Of a DNA stretch of 64,000 bases, positions 1 through 12,567 are shown piece by piece. The position numbers and the translations under genes were made by a program. Where the stretch lies: NCBI RefSeq assembly GCF_006345805.1, contig NC_043004.1, positions 98,394,001 through 98,458,000 on the forward strand, in the 5' to 3' direction. The DNA comes from Octopus sinensis (Eukaryota). The number at the start of each line of letters is the position of its first letter. Position 1 is the stretch's first letter. Under the pieces are notes generated by a model. The model ran no database searches, was not told where the DNA came from, and saw only the letters and a list, made by a program, of their open reading frames with translations.

Positions 1-167
1 CTTTTATCAAACTAATTCTGTGATGAAAGGTTCAAATCTTTGTATTATTTATGATGCAATTTGTGTGTGCGAATTTTAGTTGTAGACACGATTAGCTCAG
101 AATTGACTCCAACTTGCGAATGTTCCTCTCTGTTACGAACAACTTACGAAGGTAGCAATAAATTTTT

Positions 168-608
168 TTTTTCTTTACTGCCCACAAGGGGCTACACGCA
201 GAGGGGACAAACAAGGACAGGCAAACGGATTAAATCGATTATATCGATCCCAGTGCGTAATTTGTAATTACTTAATCGACCCCAAATGGATGAAAGGCAA
301 AGTCGACCTCGGCGGAGTTTGAACTCAGAACGTAGCGGCAGGCGAAATACCTATTTCTACTTTTTTACTACCCACAAGGGTAGGACAAACAAGGACAGAC
401 TACCCACAAGGACAAGGACAAACAAGGACAGACAAACAGATTAAGTCGATTATATCGACCCCAGTGCGTAACTGGTACTTATTTAATTGATCCCGAAAAG
501 ATGAAAGGCAAAGTCGACCTTGGCGGAATTTGAACTCAGAATGTAGTGGCAGACGAAATACTGATAAGCATTTCGCCCGGTGTGCAAACGTTTCTGCCAG
601 TTCGCCTT
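168..608 (-). mobile_element. tRNA-derived SINE family A, head-to-tail dimer
   Basis: Reverse complement has an A-box-like GGCGAACTGGCAGAAACG, B-box GAGTTCAAATTCC, central GCCTTTCATC..GGGTCGAT and tail GGGTAGTAAA. The second unit is headless and joined at GAAATACCTATTTC (344-357). Confidence 0.9.
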
Positions 609-787
609 GTGTCCAGTCATTAATCCTCTATAAACTTTCTAGTAAAATATAGTCCAATGAGAAGCACTTTCATAAATTGCGGTGAGAGATGTTACTCGGT
701 TTTCTTTGCCCTTATAATTATGACTTATTGACAGAGTGTTAATGAACGTTTTACATTTTAACAAATATAAAAAACGTTAAAGAATTA

Positions 788-851
788 TACGGGTGATTCA
801 CGTGTTATCCTACATTGATCAGAAGTATATATTGATATAATCACCCAGGTA
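788..851. mobile_element. Tiny Tc1/mariner-like TIR remnant
   Basis: TACGGGTGATT...AATCACCCAGGTA inverted ends resemble the CAGGGTGATT TIR of the element at 58113-60452. Confidence 0.35.
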
Positions 852-892
852 TCTTTATCACAAAATATTCTCAAAGATTCGTGAACAACATT

Positions 893-1289
893 ACTCTTTA
901 CTCTTTTCTCTCTTACTAGTTTCAGTCATTTGACTGCGGCCATGCTGGAGCACCACCTGTAGTCGACCAAATCGACCCCAGGACTTATTCTTTGTAAGCC
1001 CAGTACTTATTCTACCGGTCGCTTTTGCCGAACCGCTAAGTTAAAGGGACGTGAACACACGATTGTCAAGCAATTTTGGGGGGACAAACACAGACACACA
1101 AACACACACGTATATATACATATATACGACGGGCTTCTTTCAGTTTCCGCCTACCAAATCCACTCACAAGGATTTGGTCGGCCCGAGGCTATAGTAGAAG
1201 ACACTTGCTCAAGGTGCCACGCAGTGGGACTGAACCCGGAACCATGTGGTTGGTAAGCAAGCTACTTACCACACAGCCACTCCTGCGCC
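893..1289 (-). mobile_element. tRNA-derived SINE family B
   Basis: Sense head GGCGCAGGAGTGGCTGTGTGGTAAG..GGTTCAGTCCC, internal TA/TG microsatellite, and GTAAAAGA-type tail repeat; matches about 10 other copies in the window. Confidence 0.92.
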
Positions 1290-1909
1290 TATTGTATAAA
1301 AATGAACAAGGAGCTGTAAAAAGATTTTTAAATGGTTCTTGACATATTGATTTTAGCAATGGCACAGTCATGCATTTTAGTGGAATTGCACAGATGTTCA
1401 AGTCGCCCCCATTAGTTTAAGTTAGGGACCACAATGCATCTCAGACAGCTTTGAGCTTAGAACGTAACTTCTGCGAGGCAACCTAAGGATTCCGTCAATA
1501 AAGAGATGTTGAAATCTTTAAACGTAACCCTCGTGTCCAAGAGTTAAAGCTACTGTAAGAACAATTTATTTTCCGTTTCTAAAACTATCAGGAGAAGTGA
1601 ACTAGAAACATTACGGTTGGATATGATTAAAACACGAAATCCTTAAAAAACATAATACCGTCGTCTTATTACTTCTGTCTGCACCACAGTTTTACTCTCT
1701 ATCTCCCTACATCTATCCTCTCAAGAAACTTCTCATCGACTTCAAAGCACACGAGTTCTGCAAGCATTTAGCCAGGACTTTTGTCACCTTATATACTCTC
1801 ATCAAGCAATACTTAGACATGATAACTTTCCTGACACTGAGCGTTGTATACTGCATAGATATTTCTGTCTCATATCACCCAACCGTCACATGGACGAAGG
1901 TATATATTT

Positions 1910-1995
1910 ATGTATGTATGTATGTATGTATGTATGTATGTATGTATGTATGTATGTATGTATGTATGTATGCATGCATGCATGCATGCATGTAT
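1910..1995. repeat. (TATG)n/(CATG)n microsatellite
   Basis: Directly visible tandem repeat. Confidence 0.95.
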
Positions 1996-2914
1996 GTATT
2001 TGGTATCAAAAACTTCACAGGGTAGTTATGTTTAAAATATATAACTTACTTAGCTTAGTTTCAATGTCATCTCCTTCGAAATAATCACTTAGCGCAGCAA
2101 TACACCGGCCCCAGCGCTCCTGCCGCTTTTGGAATCCGGCCTAGAAGTTGTTTTGCGTAAGTGAATCGAAATCTTTCTGCAATTCTCTCTGGATCTCGAC
2201 AACAGTGTTAAAACGGTTACTTTTGAGCTTCCTTTTCATGTTGAGAGAGAGATAGAAGCCAGCAAGTGCTAAATCTAGCAAATAGGTTGGGTGCTGAAGC
2301 GATACCATCTCTTTTTCTGGCATAAAACTTACAAATGAGGTGAGCTCGGTGACAGGGTGTATTGCCATCGTGAAGAATCCAATTCTTTGCTTACCGCAAA
2401 TGCGGTCGCTTTCGCCGAATGTCCTCTCTCAAACGCTTCAAAACGTAGAACTGTCAATTGGCGGTTTGGTCATTTGGGAAGAATTCTCGATGCATAATAC
2501 CACAGATACCGATAAATAATGATGAGCATACTCTTGACTGAGCTGCTACTCTGTGGTGCGTTTTAAAGCACCCGTACCACTCGAAAGATTGCGTTGGTCC
2601 CATTACCTCCCTCACAGTATGTTTTTCAAAGTATGCTCAATGTGTCCGTAGCAGACCTCCAAATTTTAATGCAAAATTTCACGTTGTCTTTTTGTTCCAA
2701 CTTCTCCATGACAAGAAAAAAACGCAAACTACAACATACACGTGATCACAAAAGCACAAATTTCCCAACTTGCGAAGTAAACACAGCAATGTCACTCGGC
2801 ACACTGCCTCATGGAGGTCACTGCTGGCTCTCACTGCGTGCGCATGCATCCGTGTGTTGCTATCTATTGGCACGCAAGAGAAGTAGTCCGGAAACTCATT
2901 GATACCACCTCGTA
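1996..2914 (-). mobile_element. Internally deleted Mariner transposon (pseudogenised transposase)
   Basis: TIR TACGAGGTGGTATCAATGAGTTTCCGG at 2914, with a degenerate mate near 1996-2025. N-terminus MEKLEQKDNVKFCIK is fused to ..RKRP..WILHD..HPTYLLDLA..RFNTVVEIQ..WGRCIAA..YFEGD, with stops and frameshifts. Confidence 0.9.
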
Positions 2915-3176
2915 TGTGCGTGTGTGTAGATGTGTTTATGCATGTGTGAATTCTTATGTTTGTTTTTCTTCAATTTACACTTCAGCCCCTTGTGATATCG
3001 ATGAGGCTAAGCAAGAAACTGTTGTTCACCAGACACTAATGAAGCTAATATTTACTGAAATATGTAGATCCACCGCCAGGTAAATATTACATATTTTCTT
3101 TATGACTTATCTCTGAAGTCCATTGTTCCTGTCTAATCACTTTAGAGTTTAGACAGATATTAAATCTATAAATACA

Positions 3177-3228
<52 letters not shown>

Positions 3229-3350
3229 GTGTTCAGTTTCTGTATATGTATGAGTATATGCATATATATATATATGAGTTGTATATATTTATACACACAC
3301 ACATATATATACGTTTATATATATATATATAATATATATATATATATATA

Positions 3351-3460
3351 GTTAATCCAAACAAGAAAGCACAAAACAACACAACAACGCGAGGACGTGG
3401 AACAGATATAGTATTATTGGACGCTCAGGAAAGAAGGAAAGAAGGAGGGTTTAACGTTTC
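3351..3460 (-). mobile_element. Probable Penelope-like element terminal fragment within (TA)n
   Basis: Minus strand reads GAAACGTTAAACCCTCCTTCTTTCC..GTTCCACGTCCTCGCGTTGTTG, which I recall as an octopus PLE terminus; not verified by search. Confidence 0.5.
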
Positions 3461-5559
3461 ATATGTATGTATACGTATATAATTATGTACACATACATTC
3501 AGAAACACTCACACACACACACATACACACACGCATACTCACACAAACACACACATATATGAATATATTATATGCATGTATATATATATATAAAGTGATA
3601 CGTACAGATATAGGCAGATAGAATGACGAAGAGAAAGACGTACATACAGACGGGTGGCTTCAACATTAATCTTGGCAGTCTCTCGGGGTGGAGATTTATG
3701 CCAACCAGATTTAAATTCTGTGGACGTTCATACAACTTCACAGGCTAATGCAAGATCTACAGCACTGTTCACAGACCGGGTCATGTTTGATTGGCAGGAT
3801 AAGAAGCCCTGTATTACGCATGCTGATTTCTATGCTCACAATTATCGGCGAGATTTTCGTTACATCTGTTGAAGTGTTGGTCTTCATCATATATCATTCG
3901 TCTCTATTTGCATTAGGTATTTAGAAAATGTCCCGCGTCTTTTATATTAATATCATGTATATTCAATCGTTTTCTTTAATGTAGATTCTGGTATGCACAT
4001 TCCTTCATTGTACTAGGTGTAAAAGAATTTGCGCAATCGATAACATGGCAATCGCACGATGTGTGCAGCCCATCTAGAATATATATAGCATAGCTATGGC
4101 TTTAAATCTGGAGATATTGGTCGGTTGAATAACGCCGACATTCCTTTGCTTTTTCTGGCTGCAAGACATGTAATACTGAAAAAGAAAGATACTTTTAGAC
4201 CTGAATAAATATGTGGACAATTTAAATATCCAATCAGAGACATTTGACCAATGCAGACACTTCATCAAGTATATATTCTTTTAATTAATTGAAAATATAC
4301 ATGGCCAATTTTTACACTTTATATATGATTTTTATTCTACTAATTTCCCTTCGACCTTTCTCCATTTCTCCAGTTCGTTATATTACCAATCTTTAATATT
4401 TTATCTAAGAATTGTGAGTAACTCTGCAAAAGTAAAATATGACTAAGCTAGTTTAAACAAACCATAAAAATACACTCTTATATACATTATTTCTTTTCCC
4501 AATATTAAACACTTACCACAGTATTGGCTATACAATCCTAAGATAAAAGACAAAAGTAGAACAATCGTTCAAAAACAAAGAGGAAAATTCTAGCAAAAAC
4601 AGTAAAAGCGTATTAAAGTGTGTTCTTAACCTTTCTGCAATGATATAATTAATAGTGGCAGAGTTTGCCTAAGATTTTCTCCATTTTTATTATTGGGTTA
4701 TAGCTAATGGTTTTGCTCATGCTTTTAAGATATCCAGTATCATTTGTGGACATTGTTACAATAAAATAATTATGGCCAGTATATTTATGGTCTGAGATGT
4801 AAGTTTTGGGCAAGCTTATTGCATGACCTGCCATCGGAACCAAATCAGAGGCAATTCTCTTTATTCAACCACGATGTACACTGGCATCCAGACACACACA
4901 CACACATACATACACACACACACTCTCTCTCTCTCACACACACACACAGCGACATACACACACACAGGGGCAAAAATGTACATACACATACATACACCTA
5001 AAAATACATATACACAAAGAGTATTTTGCTGGTCGCAGTCATGGGACAACAATCATACTGGGACACTACGTATACAAAGGATTATGTACTGTTGTAGCGG
5101 CAACAATACTAAGTCTTGCGCTCATTTTATCGATCAGTATATATTAAGAGGAAAAAGAAATATTTGAAGAAATTAATACCGTTAGATATCAAAATCTACT
5201 TGCATTGGTAACTACGGACAGCGAAACATAACAGTATGGCAGGCCTTAGCACACTCCCATTTCAAGCACTTTAACTCTCAAGGCCCAGTGGGTTCGACAC
5301 AGAGAAGAATGTGAAGGCTAAATGAATGTATGTTTGTTCCACATAATCATGACTGTACAGCAAATAGGCAGATTTTCCACACAGAGCGGTGCACGTTAAC
5401 CACCGTTTCTCTTGAGAGACTGGGCCATAAAAGTGGAAGCATTACAAATTCATACAAGCAAACAATCTTCATTAAACAAAGTTCCTTTGATACTATCCTG
5501 TAAAAAGGGACATTCCCAAGACCTTTACCGACACTCTGATGCCGGTGGGCGTGATGCCA

Positions 5560-7140
5560 TTAATGTTCCCTTTAAAATGTCGAAAGTTATCACTTGCAGG
5601 AAGGAGATTCCAGAAGACCGATAATCTGAGAATAAAGAATTGGGGATAATAGTTTGCGCAAAGCCGACAAGTTTGGCTGAAAGGATAATTAAATGTGGGA
5701 TTCAATACAGAGTGTCAGTTGCAGTTGATTCCTGAAGCATTTTACAATAAGACCTAGTCTTTAAAATGAAGTTCTAGTTACTCTAAGGATGTTATTTCTC
5801 GAAGAATGATCCTCGATTATAGTCAGGACAGGCAGGTGGAGTAACGGTAAGAGGCTATAGCTGAGTACCAGCCATGAATAGAGGGGGGTGATATACGGCA
5901 GGGTTTTTATTGTATAGGTAGTCGTTCGGACTTTTTTAAGTTAAAAGAATCAAGGTTAGCATGGTTCCATCGAAGGTTGATCTCAAGATTTCGGTTTATG
6001 AAATCGTTACATGTTCTGCATATGGTGTCTACCTTGCACGTTTGTGATTCTTTGTCGTGTAAAGTTTGTGAAGTATGAAGGGTTGTGTCATCTGCAAAAG
6101 AATGGGCGTTGTTGGATGTGTTTACAGGGAGGTTATTCAAGAAAGAATTCGTGTAAGAAATTGGAGAAGAAAATCGGATCCTGAAGAACAAGAGTCCATT
6201 GCGAGGGAAAGAGAACGAGTTCCAACAGAATAAACTATGATGGTTTGATCCTAAAGAAATCTAATATAAGAAGTGTGACTTGCATGATCCCTAAGCGGGA
6301 AATTTTTATAGGAAATTTGCATGTCAGATACGGTCGAAAATTTAACTCACATCTAGGTTAACAAGATTTCTTCCACCCAGATTTTCTAAAGTGAGAACTT
6401 GGTAGTCAATAACTTAACAGGGTTAGGGTTAGCCATTAGATCTGGCTCTTCGGTAGTAGAGTGACCAATCATCACTGAGGGTAGACAGATGCTTAAGATT
6501 TTAGAAATCGTTATTATTAATGTATGTCTCCTTCAACTTAAAGGTGTTAATGGCGAGAGCAATAGTATGTTAACTCAAAGTGGTTACCCTTCTTTAGAAT
6601 TAAACACACGCGAGCCTCGGTGCATATCCTCCAAGAAAGTGAGAGATTAAAGAATTTAGTGACTATAGAAGTTCGTTATAACGCACAACCATTGAGTATC
6701 AGTAAGGAGACATACGGCTAGTAGATTTATTGGTTAGAACCAGTCGGAAGAATTTTCGCCCACGGTGTACATATGTGCGTCGGAGAGGGAGCTAAGGGGA
6801 TTGAAAGATGGTAGATTTGGAAGATACTGAGTTATGTGGACATGACGCAAAGCAGGCAGCAAAGGTGGACACATATTCCATAAAGGTGATTCTTGCAGAG
6901 CCATCAATATTTAGAAGTGGAAATAAGAACTCCGCAAACTTGATGACATTCTTGTGGGAAGTGACTAAACGGATGAACATCTGTTTGGTAAGCAGTAAAA
7001 TTAATGGCCATTTCATAAACGAAGGCATTCTTTCTACACTGGCTCCTAGCTCTCAAAAGAGTAGTGCTGCCAGATAAATACCGGCAAGTTTTGGGGATTG
7101 AGTGAGATACATCAAGCGCTTGTTGCAGTTAGTTGCAGCA
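5560..7140 (-). mobile_element. Degenerate CR1/Jockey-group LINE RT remnant
   Basis: FADDTTL motif (ORF 5907-6191), LDVSKIFDRI-like motif near 6330-6360, and C-terminal FFILRLSVFWNLLP (typical FFPRTSxLWNxLP). Many stops; ends approximate. Confidence 0.75.
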
Positions 7141-7194
7141 AAGATGTAAGTGAACAATTTGGAACATAACTAATGGGGAGGATTTCAGCAGTAA

Positions 7195-7860
7195 CAGTTG
7201 TTGTTGTTGTTGGTGGTGGTGGTGGAAGCGTTGGAAGCGGTGGCAGCAGATGTGGTAGAAATACTAGCCAAGACAACAGAAGCAGAAAAGATGGAGAGGC
7301 AGGTTACTTGTTTTGGGTAGAAGTCAGTATGCTGTAAAATTTATTGTTTTTGTTATTACTATTGCCTTTTTTGTAACTGTTACTGCTTTGTGTTTGACAA
7401 TGTTGTTGCCGAAGCAGTCAAATTAGTGATTGATTGATTCCCATGTTATTGCTACTGCGTTACTGAAGCAATTGCTGTTGTTCATCAAGTGCCATTGTTG
7501 CTACTACATTTGTTGTTGTTGTAGACGACGCCGATGATGTTGCTACCGAAGGCGTTGTAGTTGTTAATGAATAAAGTTCACGAAGAAGTCGTGTTGCCAT
7601 AGTCATTGTAGTTGCTGTCATTATGTATCAAGAATTTGGAACAGAGAGTGAAAGAAAGTTTATAGTAATTGTCATTTTTGACACCAGTACTGTTGGTGCA
7701 ATGATTTGCAGTTGTAGCTGTTGATATTTATCAAAAATTAGCATTGCTTTAGTTTTTGCTGTTGTAGTCGTTTGAGAAGTATTAAACAGAATCTTATAGT
7801 TATAATATTTGGTTTTGATAGGAATTACAGTTATTATAGTGGGGGGGGGGATAATCACTT
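7195..7860. repeat. Degenerate (GTT/GGT/GCT)n low-complexity tract
   Basis: Visible imperfect trinucleotide repeats. Confidence 0.7.
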
Positions 7861-8984
7861 TTTCATTTGAGACGTGGGTGGAAATTCGAATTTCAAACTA
7901 AGGAATTACGTGGAAAATTATGCATAACATTCACATATGTATTTATTATTTTACTTACTTATTACGAAGTTGTAACAGGTTTTGGTTGCTCCTATTCATG
8001 AATGACACGATTTCATTCCTTTTAAATATCGTCAGCATGATATAAGATGTGATTTACTAATTGGAAAGTATTTGTATGAAGTGAAACATTTCAGTAGATA
8101 TTAAAAGGGTTAGAATCTGGTAGAAATTCATGGAATGTGTTTTATTTTTTCCTTCATAGAACATTTGTAGATAAGAAATCGAGTGAAAAAGAGAACGTTG
8201 TTGGGTTTTTGCAGACAGAATAATAGCTGTTTCTAAGGGACTTTTATCTTAAGATAATGTCTTTTAGTGATCAATAATTTCAATTTCAGCAAGAATTCCA
8301 CAAGCAGCTTTCCGATATATTCTTTGTTATTGTTTTTCATTATCGTCGACTCGATCAATTTATAAGAACGTCATTTTATTCGCCTTAAGTAGAATCAGTT
8401 TTACATAAAGTAAAATATTTAAACATTACTTTACCTCTCTTTCTCTTTCCTTGCCCTCTCTCTCTCTCTTTTATTGTGTCTGTTCATTGTCGGTATATTT
8501 CTTATGAAACCTGGTTGCAAAATAGGAAAACAGAGACGCTGAAATGGTAAATTACAAAGCGTTTTTATAATACCAGGTGAACAGCTGGTCAATGAAACGC
8601 ACTAAGGACCCAGTACAATACGATACAAATTACATTTTTCTCGTTGAGCTCCGGGACAAGATAGTGAAGTAACTTAATATACAGTGGGGGTGGGGATATG
8701 TAAAGTTCCGTCTTCACATAAGGCCATGAAGTAAGATTTTCTTTTAGGGGCGGATTAATGAAGCTGTGCTGAGTGTGTCTAATAAGTGTTACTGACTTCA
8801 GCAGAGGGAAAAGTGAATGCCATAGCATTATATTATTCGTTGGGTTTTTGTGAGTTGTATGTAGAGTTTGTTGTTAAAGACTTTTGGTCCAAAAGAAGTT
8901 ACAGAAGTAAGAATACAAAATACGTAAATGTATCTCAAGATGTATATACAAGTGAACAAGCCTATAGAGGTGTATAATTGTAAG

Positions 8985-9310
8985 ATAGTCAAGATATATA
9001 TATATACATACACATACATACATATAAACATACATTTACATATATATATATATATGTATTTATATATATATGTATGTATATATATATATATATACATGCA
9101 TACAAACATATATTTACATATATATATACATGTATTTGTATATATATGTATATATATATATATATATATATACATACATACATACATGCGTACATATATA
9201 CAAACTTATATATATGGGATACGTGACACGTATACACATGTGCACATAAACACATACATACATACATGCAGAACACACATACATAAATATATATATATAA
9301 TATACCCGCG
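8985..9310. repeat. Compound (TA)/(TACA) microsatellite
   Basis: Visible; source of the YI-rich ORFs. Confidence 0.9.
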
Positions 9311-9891
9311 TATATGAACATATTTGTAAAGTAATTATATGGATTTTACTTACAAGCTCTGCTTACGAAATATAGTTGGCACGAACTCGAGAGCTTAAGG
9401 GAAAGTATTCAGTTCTGTTACTAATACTTACATCCAAATGTGTGGATGTATATTTGCCATGCACAATACACCTGCACATTCGCACGTGTACACACCCATA
9501 CATACAATTTTATATACATCAATGCATACACAGCAGAATATTGGTGTTAGCAGACGCGTGATTGTTGAGGAAAATAATTAATTGCTCTTGTGATAAATGC
9601 TATCTCCAACATAAATGCTAGATATTTCTTCAATCAATCTGATCGGAAGAATGGGCATCACATTGATTGTAGAAATCTTTTACTTGATGTCGTAATAATA
9701 TTCCTCAGAAACTTTGATTGACAATGCAGGAATGTGAGATAAACAACGTGAATGCACAGGACAGCTTCAACAACACCGAACAAGAACCGAGGCAAAGCAG
9801 TATTGATATAAGCAAACCAGAATAATGTATATAATGTGCAATTTTCTTGGACTTATAAAATCCATAATGAATTTTATGATTTTAGAATAAT

Positions 9892-10103
9892 CATTTCTAC
9901 TAAAGGCACAAGGCCTGGAATTTTGCGGTGGTGGGTGAGTCGATTACATCAACCATAGTGTTCAACGGGTACTTATTTAAGCGACCCCGAAAGGATGAAA
10001 GTCAAAGTCGATCTCGGAGAATTTTGAGCTCAGAACATAAGGACGAACGAAATGCCGCTAAGTAGTTTGTCCGGTGTGCTAACCATTCTGTCATCGCGCC
10101 TCC
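9892..10103 (-). mobile_element. Old SINE-A copy with the alternative 3' tail
   Basis: A-family head and core; tail reads TTTCTACTAAAGGCACAAGGCCTGGAATTTT on the plus strand. Confidence 0.8.
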
Positions 10104-10880
10104 TTTATAGTTTTAAAATGATCAAAATTAATTCTGTTAGCTACATGAATACGTTGTAACTATATTGGAATATACTTCAATCATAGTTAAATTTATTTCA
10201 CGAGCAAACAATCACACGGACCATTTGCTCAATCCGTGTACAAGATTGATGATTGTAATTTCATTTACAAAATTTCTCGATGTGTCACAATATTCCTGAC
10301 TACTACTACTTCCACCACTACCACCACCACCACCACCACCACTACCGCCTTACCACCCAGTAATACTGATCGTGTATACCGAACTCTCAATTGCGATAAT
10401 CATTTGGAGAAAAGTATTAAGTGATATATATTAAGAAAATCTCAGGTTTCAATTTTCAAGCTCTCTGTTAAGACAAAGAGCATATTTAATTACTAAGAGA
10501 ACCACTTTGTTGATTCTAACATTTCAATTCTCATACCAGCCCTGCAGAGTTAACTAGTTCTTTACAAATAAGACGGTGTGTCATATACCACTGAATTTTC
10601 ATCTACATGTCCTGTATACAAACGCAGTGGATGGAACCATCTCTTAGAACATCACTGTTCAGGTTTTCAGCGGCAGTTGCAGCGAACGTTTAATGCTTCT
10701 TTTCTCTCAACCTCTTTCTGTATAACTTAACATCCTGCAAATCTAGATTTTTCCTGACCATCAATCAGTTCATTTCTTCTTCTATTAACGCTACATATTT
10801 AAGTAAAATACTTCATATCATGCTTTCCTTCAAATATCTCACATATTATTTTAAGCCATTTTATAGTCTTTTACAATATT

Positions 10881-11672
10881 CTTTTCTACACTAGGCTCAA
10901 AGCCGGAAAATTTTGGAGGGGGAGCCGGTCGATTAGATCGACCCCAGTATGCAACTGGTACTTAATTTATAGACCCCGAAAGGATGAAAGGCAAAGTCGA
11001 CCTCGATGGAATTTTAACTGAGAACGTAAACACAGACGAAATACCTATTTCTTTATTACCCGCAAGGAGCTAAACACAGAGGGACAAACAAGGACAGACA
11101 TAGGTATTAAGTCGATTACATCGACCCCAGTGCGTAACTGGTACTTAATTTATCGACCCCGAAAGGATGAAAGGCAAAGTCGACCTCGGTGGAATTTTAA
11201 CTCAGAACGTAAACACAGACGAAATACCGCTAAGCATTTCACCCGGCGTGCTAACGTTCCTTATTTCTTTACTACCCACAAGGGGCTACACACAGAGGGG
11301 ACAAACAAGGACACACAAACGGACTAAGTCGATTATATCGACCCCAGTGCGTAACTGGTACTTATTTAATCGACCCCGAAAGGATGAAAGGCAAAGTTGA
11401 CCTCGGTGGAATTTGAACTCAGAACGTAGCGGCAGACGAAATACCTATTTCTTTACTACCCACAAGTGGCTAAACACAGACAGGGCAAACAAAGACAAAC
11501 GGATTAAGTAGATTATATTGACCCCAGTGCGAAACTGGTACTTAATTTATCGACCCCGAAAGGATGAAAGCAGAGTCGACCTCGGCGGAATTTGAACTCA
11601 GAACGTAACGGCAGACGAAATACCGCTAAGCATTTCGCCCGGCGTGCTAATGGTTCTGCCAGCTCGCCGCTT
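10881..11672 (-). mobile_element. SINE-A tetramer bounded by one 17-bp TSD
   Basis: Four units. TAGTCTTTTACAATATT occurs at 10864-10880 and 11673-11689. Junctions at 11038-11051, ~11258-11262 and 11438-11451. Confidence 0.92.
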
Positions 11673-12163
11673 TAGTCTTTTACAATATTATCATATAGTT
11701 TTTTCTTCCACACACGAGCCCGCACATAAACATACATGTATGCATAAATATATGTGTATATGTATATAATGTAAGCATTTGTTTACATATATAATTACAT
11801 TTATAATTATAAGGATAATATTTTTTCTTATAAATGATCTTGACATTCTTTTTACATAACATAAAAGATTCTTTACATTGTATGGTTGTTTTATTGCCAT
11901 TTCTTTACGAGTATTATGGATTTTATTGGTAAAATATTTTTCTGGGAACGAATTACGATTTATAACATTGCTTTTATGGGAAATTATTGCTCTACTTACG
12001 AGTTTTCGTTTTACGAACGGTCTCCGGGAACAAATTAACTATTATATCGAGGCATTGCTATATAAATAATGCATATACATTGTATATAATGTATATATAC
12101 ATTGCATATACATAAAAATATATGTATTTATAAACATTTAACGTTAAGTCATCTACATATATA

Positions 12164-12560
12164 GGCGCAGGAGTGGCTGTGTGGTAAGTAGCTTGTTTAC
12201 CAACCACATGGTTCCGGGTTGAATCCCACTGCGTGGCACATTGAGCAAGTGTTTTCTGCTATAGCCTCGGGCCGACCAAAGCCATGTGAGTGGATTTGGT
12301 AGACGGAAACTGGAAGAAGCCCGTCGTATATATGTATATATATGTGTATGTTTGTGTGTCTGTGTTTGTCCCCCTAGCATTGCTTGCCAACCGATGCTGG
12401 TGTGTTTATGTCCCCGTCACTTAGCGGTTCGGCAAAAGAGACCGATAGAATAAGTACTGGGCTTACAAAGAATAAGTCTCGGGGTCGAGTTGCTCCATTA
12501 AAAGGCGGTATCCGGCATGGGCGCAGTCAAATGACTGAAACAAGTAAAGGAGTAAAGGAG
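12164..12560 (+). mobile_element. SINE family B
   Basis: Full head, internal microsatellite and GTAAAGGA tail repeat. Confidence 0.92.
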
Positions 12561-12567
12561 TATATAT

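Noticed and set aside
168-608. Hammerhead or retrozyme explanation for the SINE-A arrays
   Set aside because: I found no CUGANGA..GAAA core in either orientation of the unit by eye; an Rfam scan would settle it.
1076-1342. Recurrent ORFs such as RRHLLKVPRSGTEPGTMW and KDERQSRPRRNLNSER
   Set aside because: Antisense translations of SINE-B and SINE-A; the recurrence reflects copy number.
10881-11672. CRISPR-like or satellite reading of the repeated ~190-bp units
   Set aside because: There are no unique spacers and the context is eukaryotic; the units are SINE-A bodies with Pol III boxes inside a TSD.
12164-12235. SINE heads as genuine tRNA genes
   Set aside because: The anticodon arms do not pair properly, and each head continues into a SINE body; there are many diverged copies.
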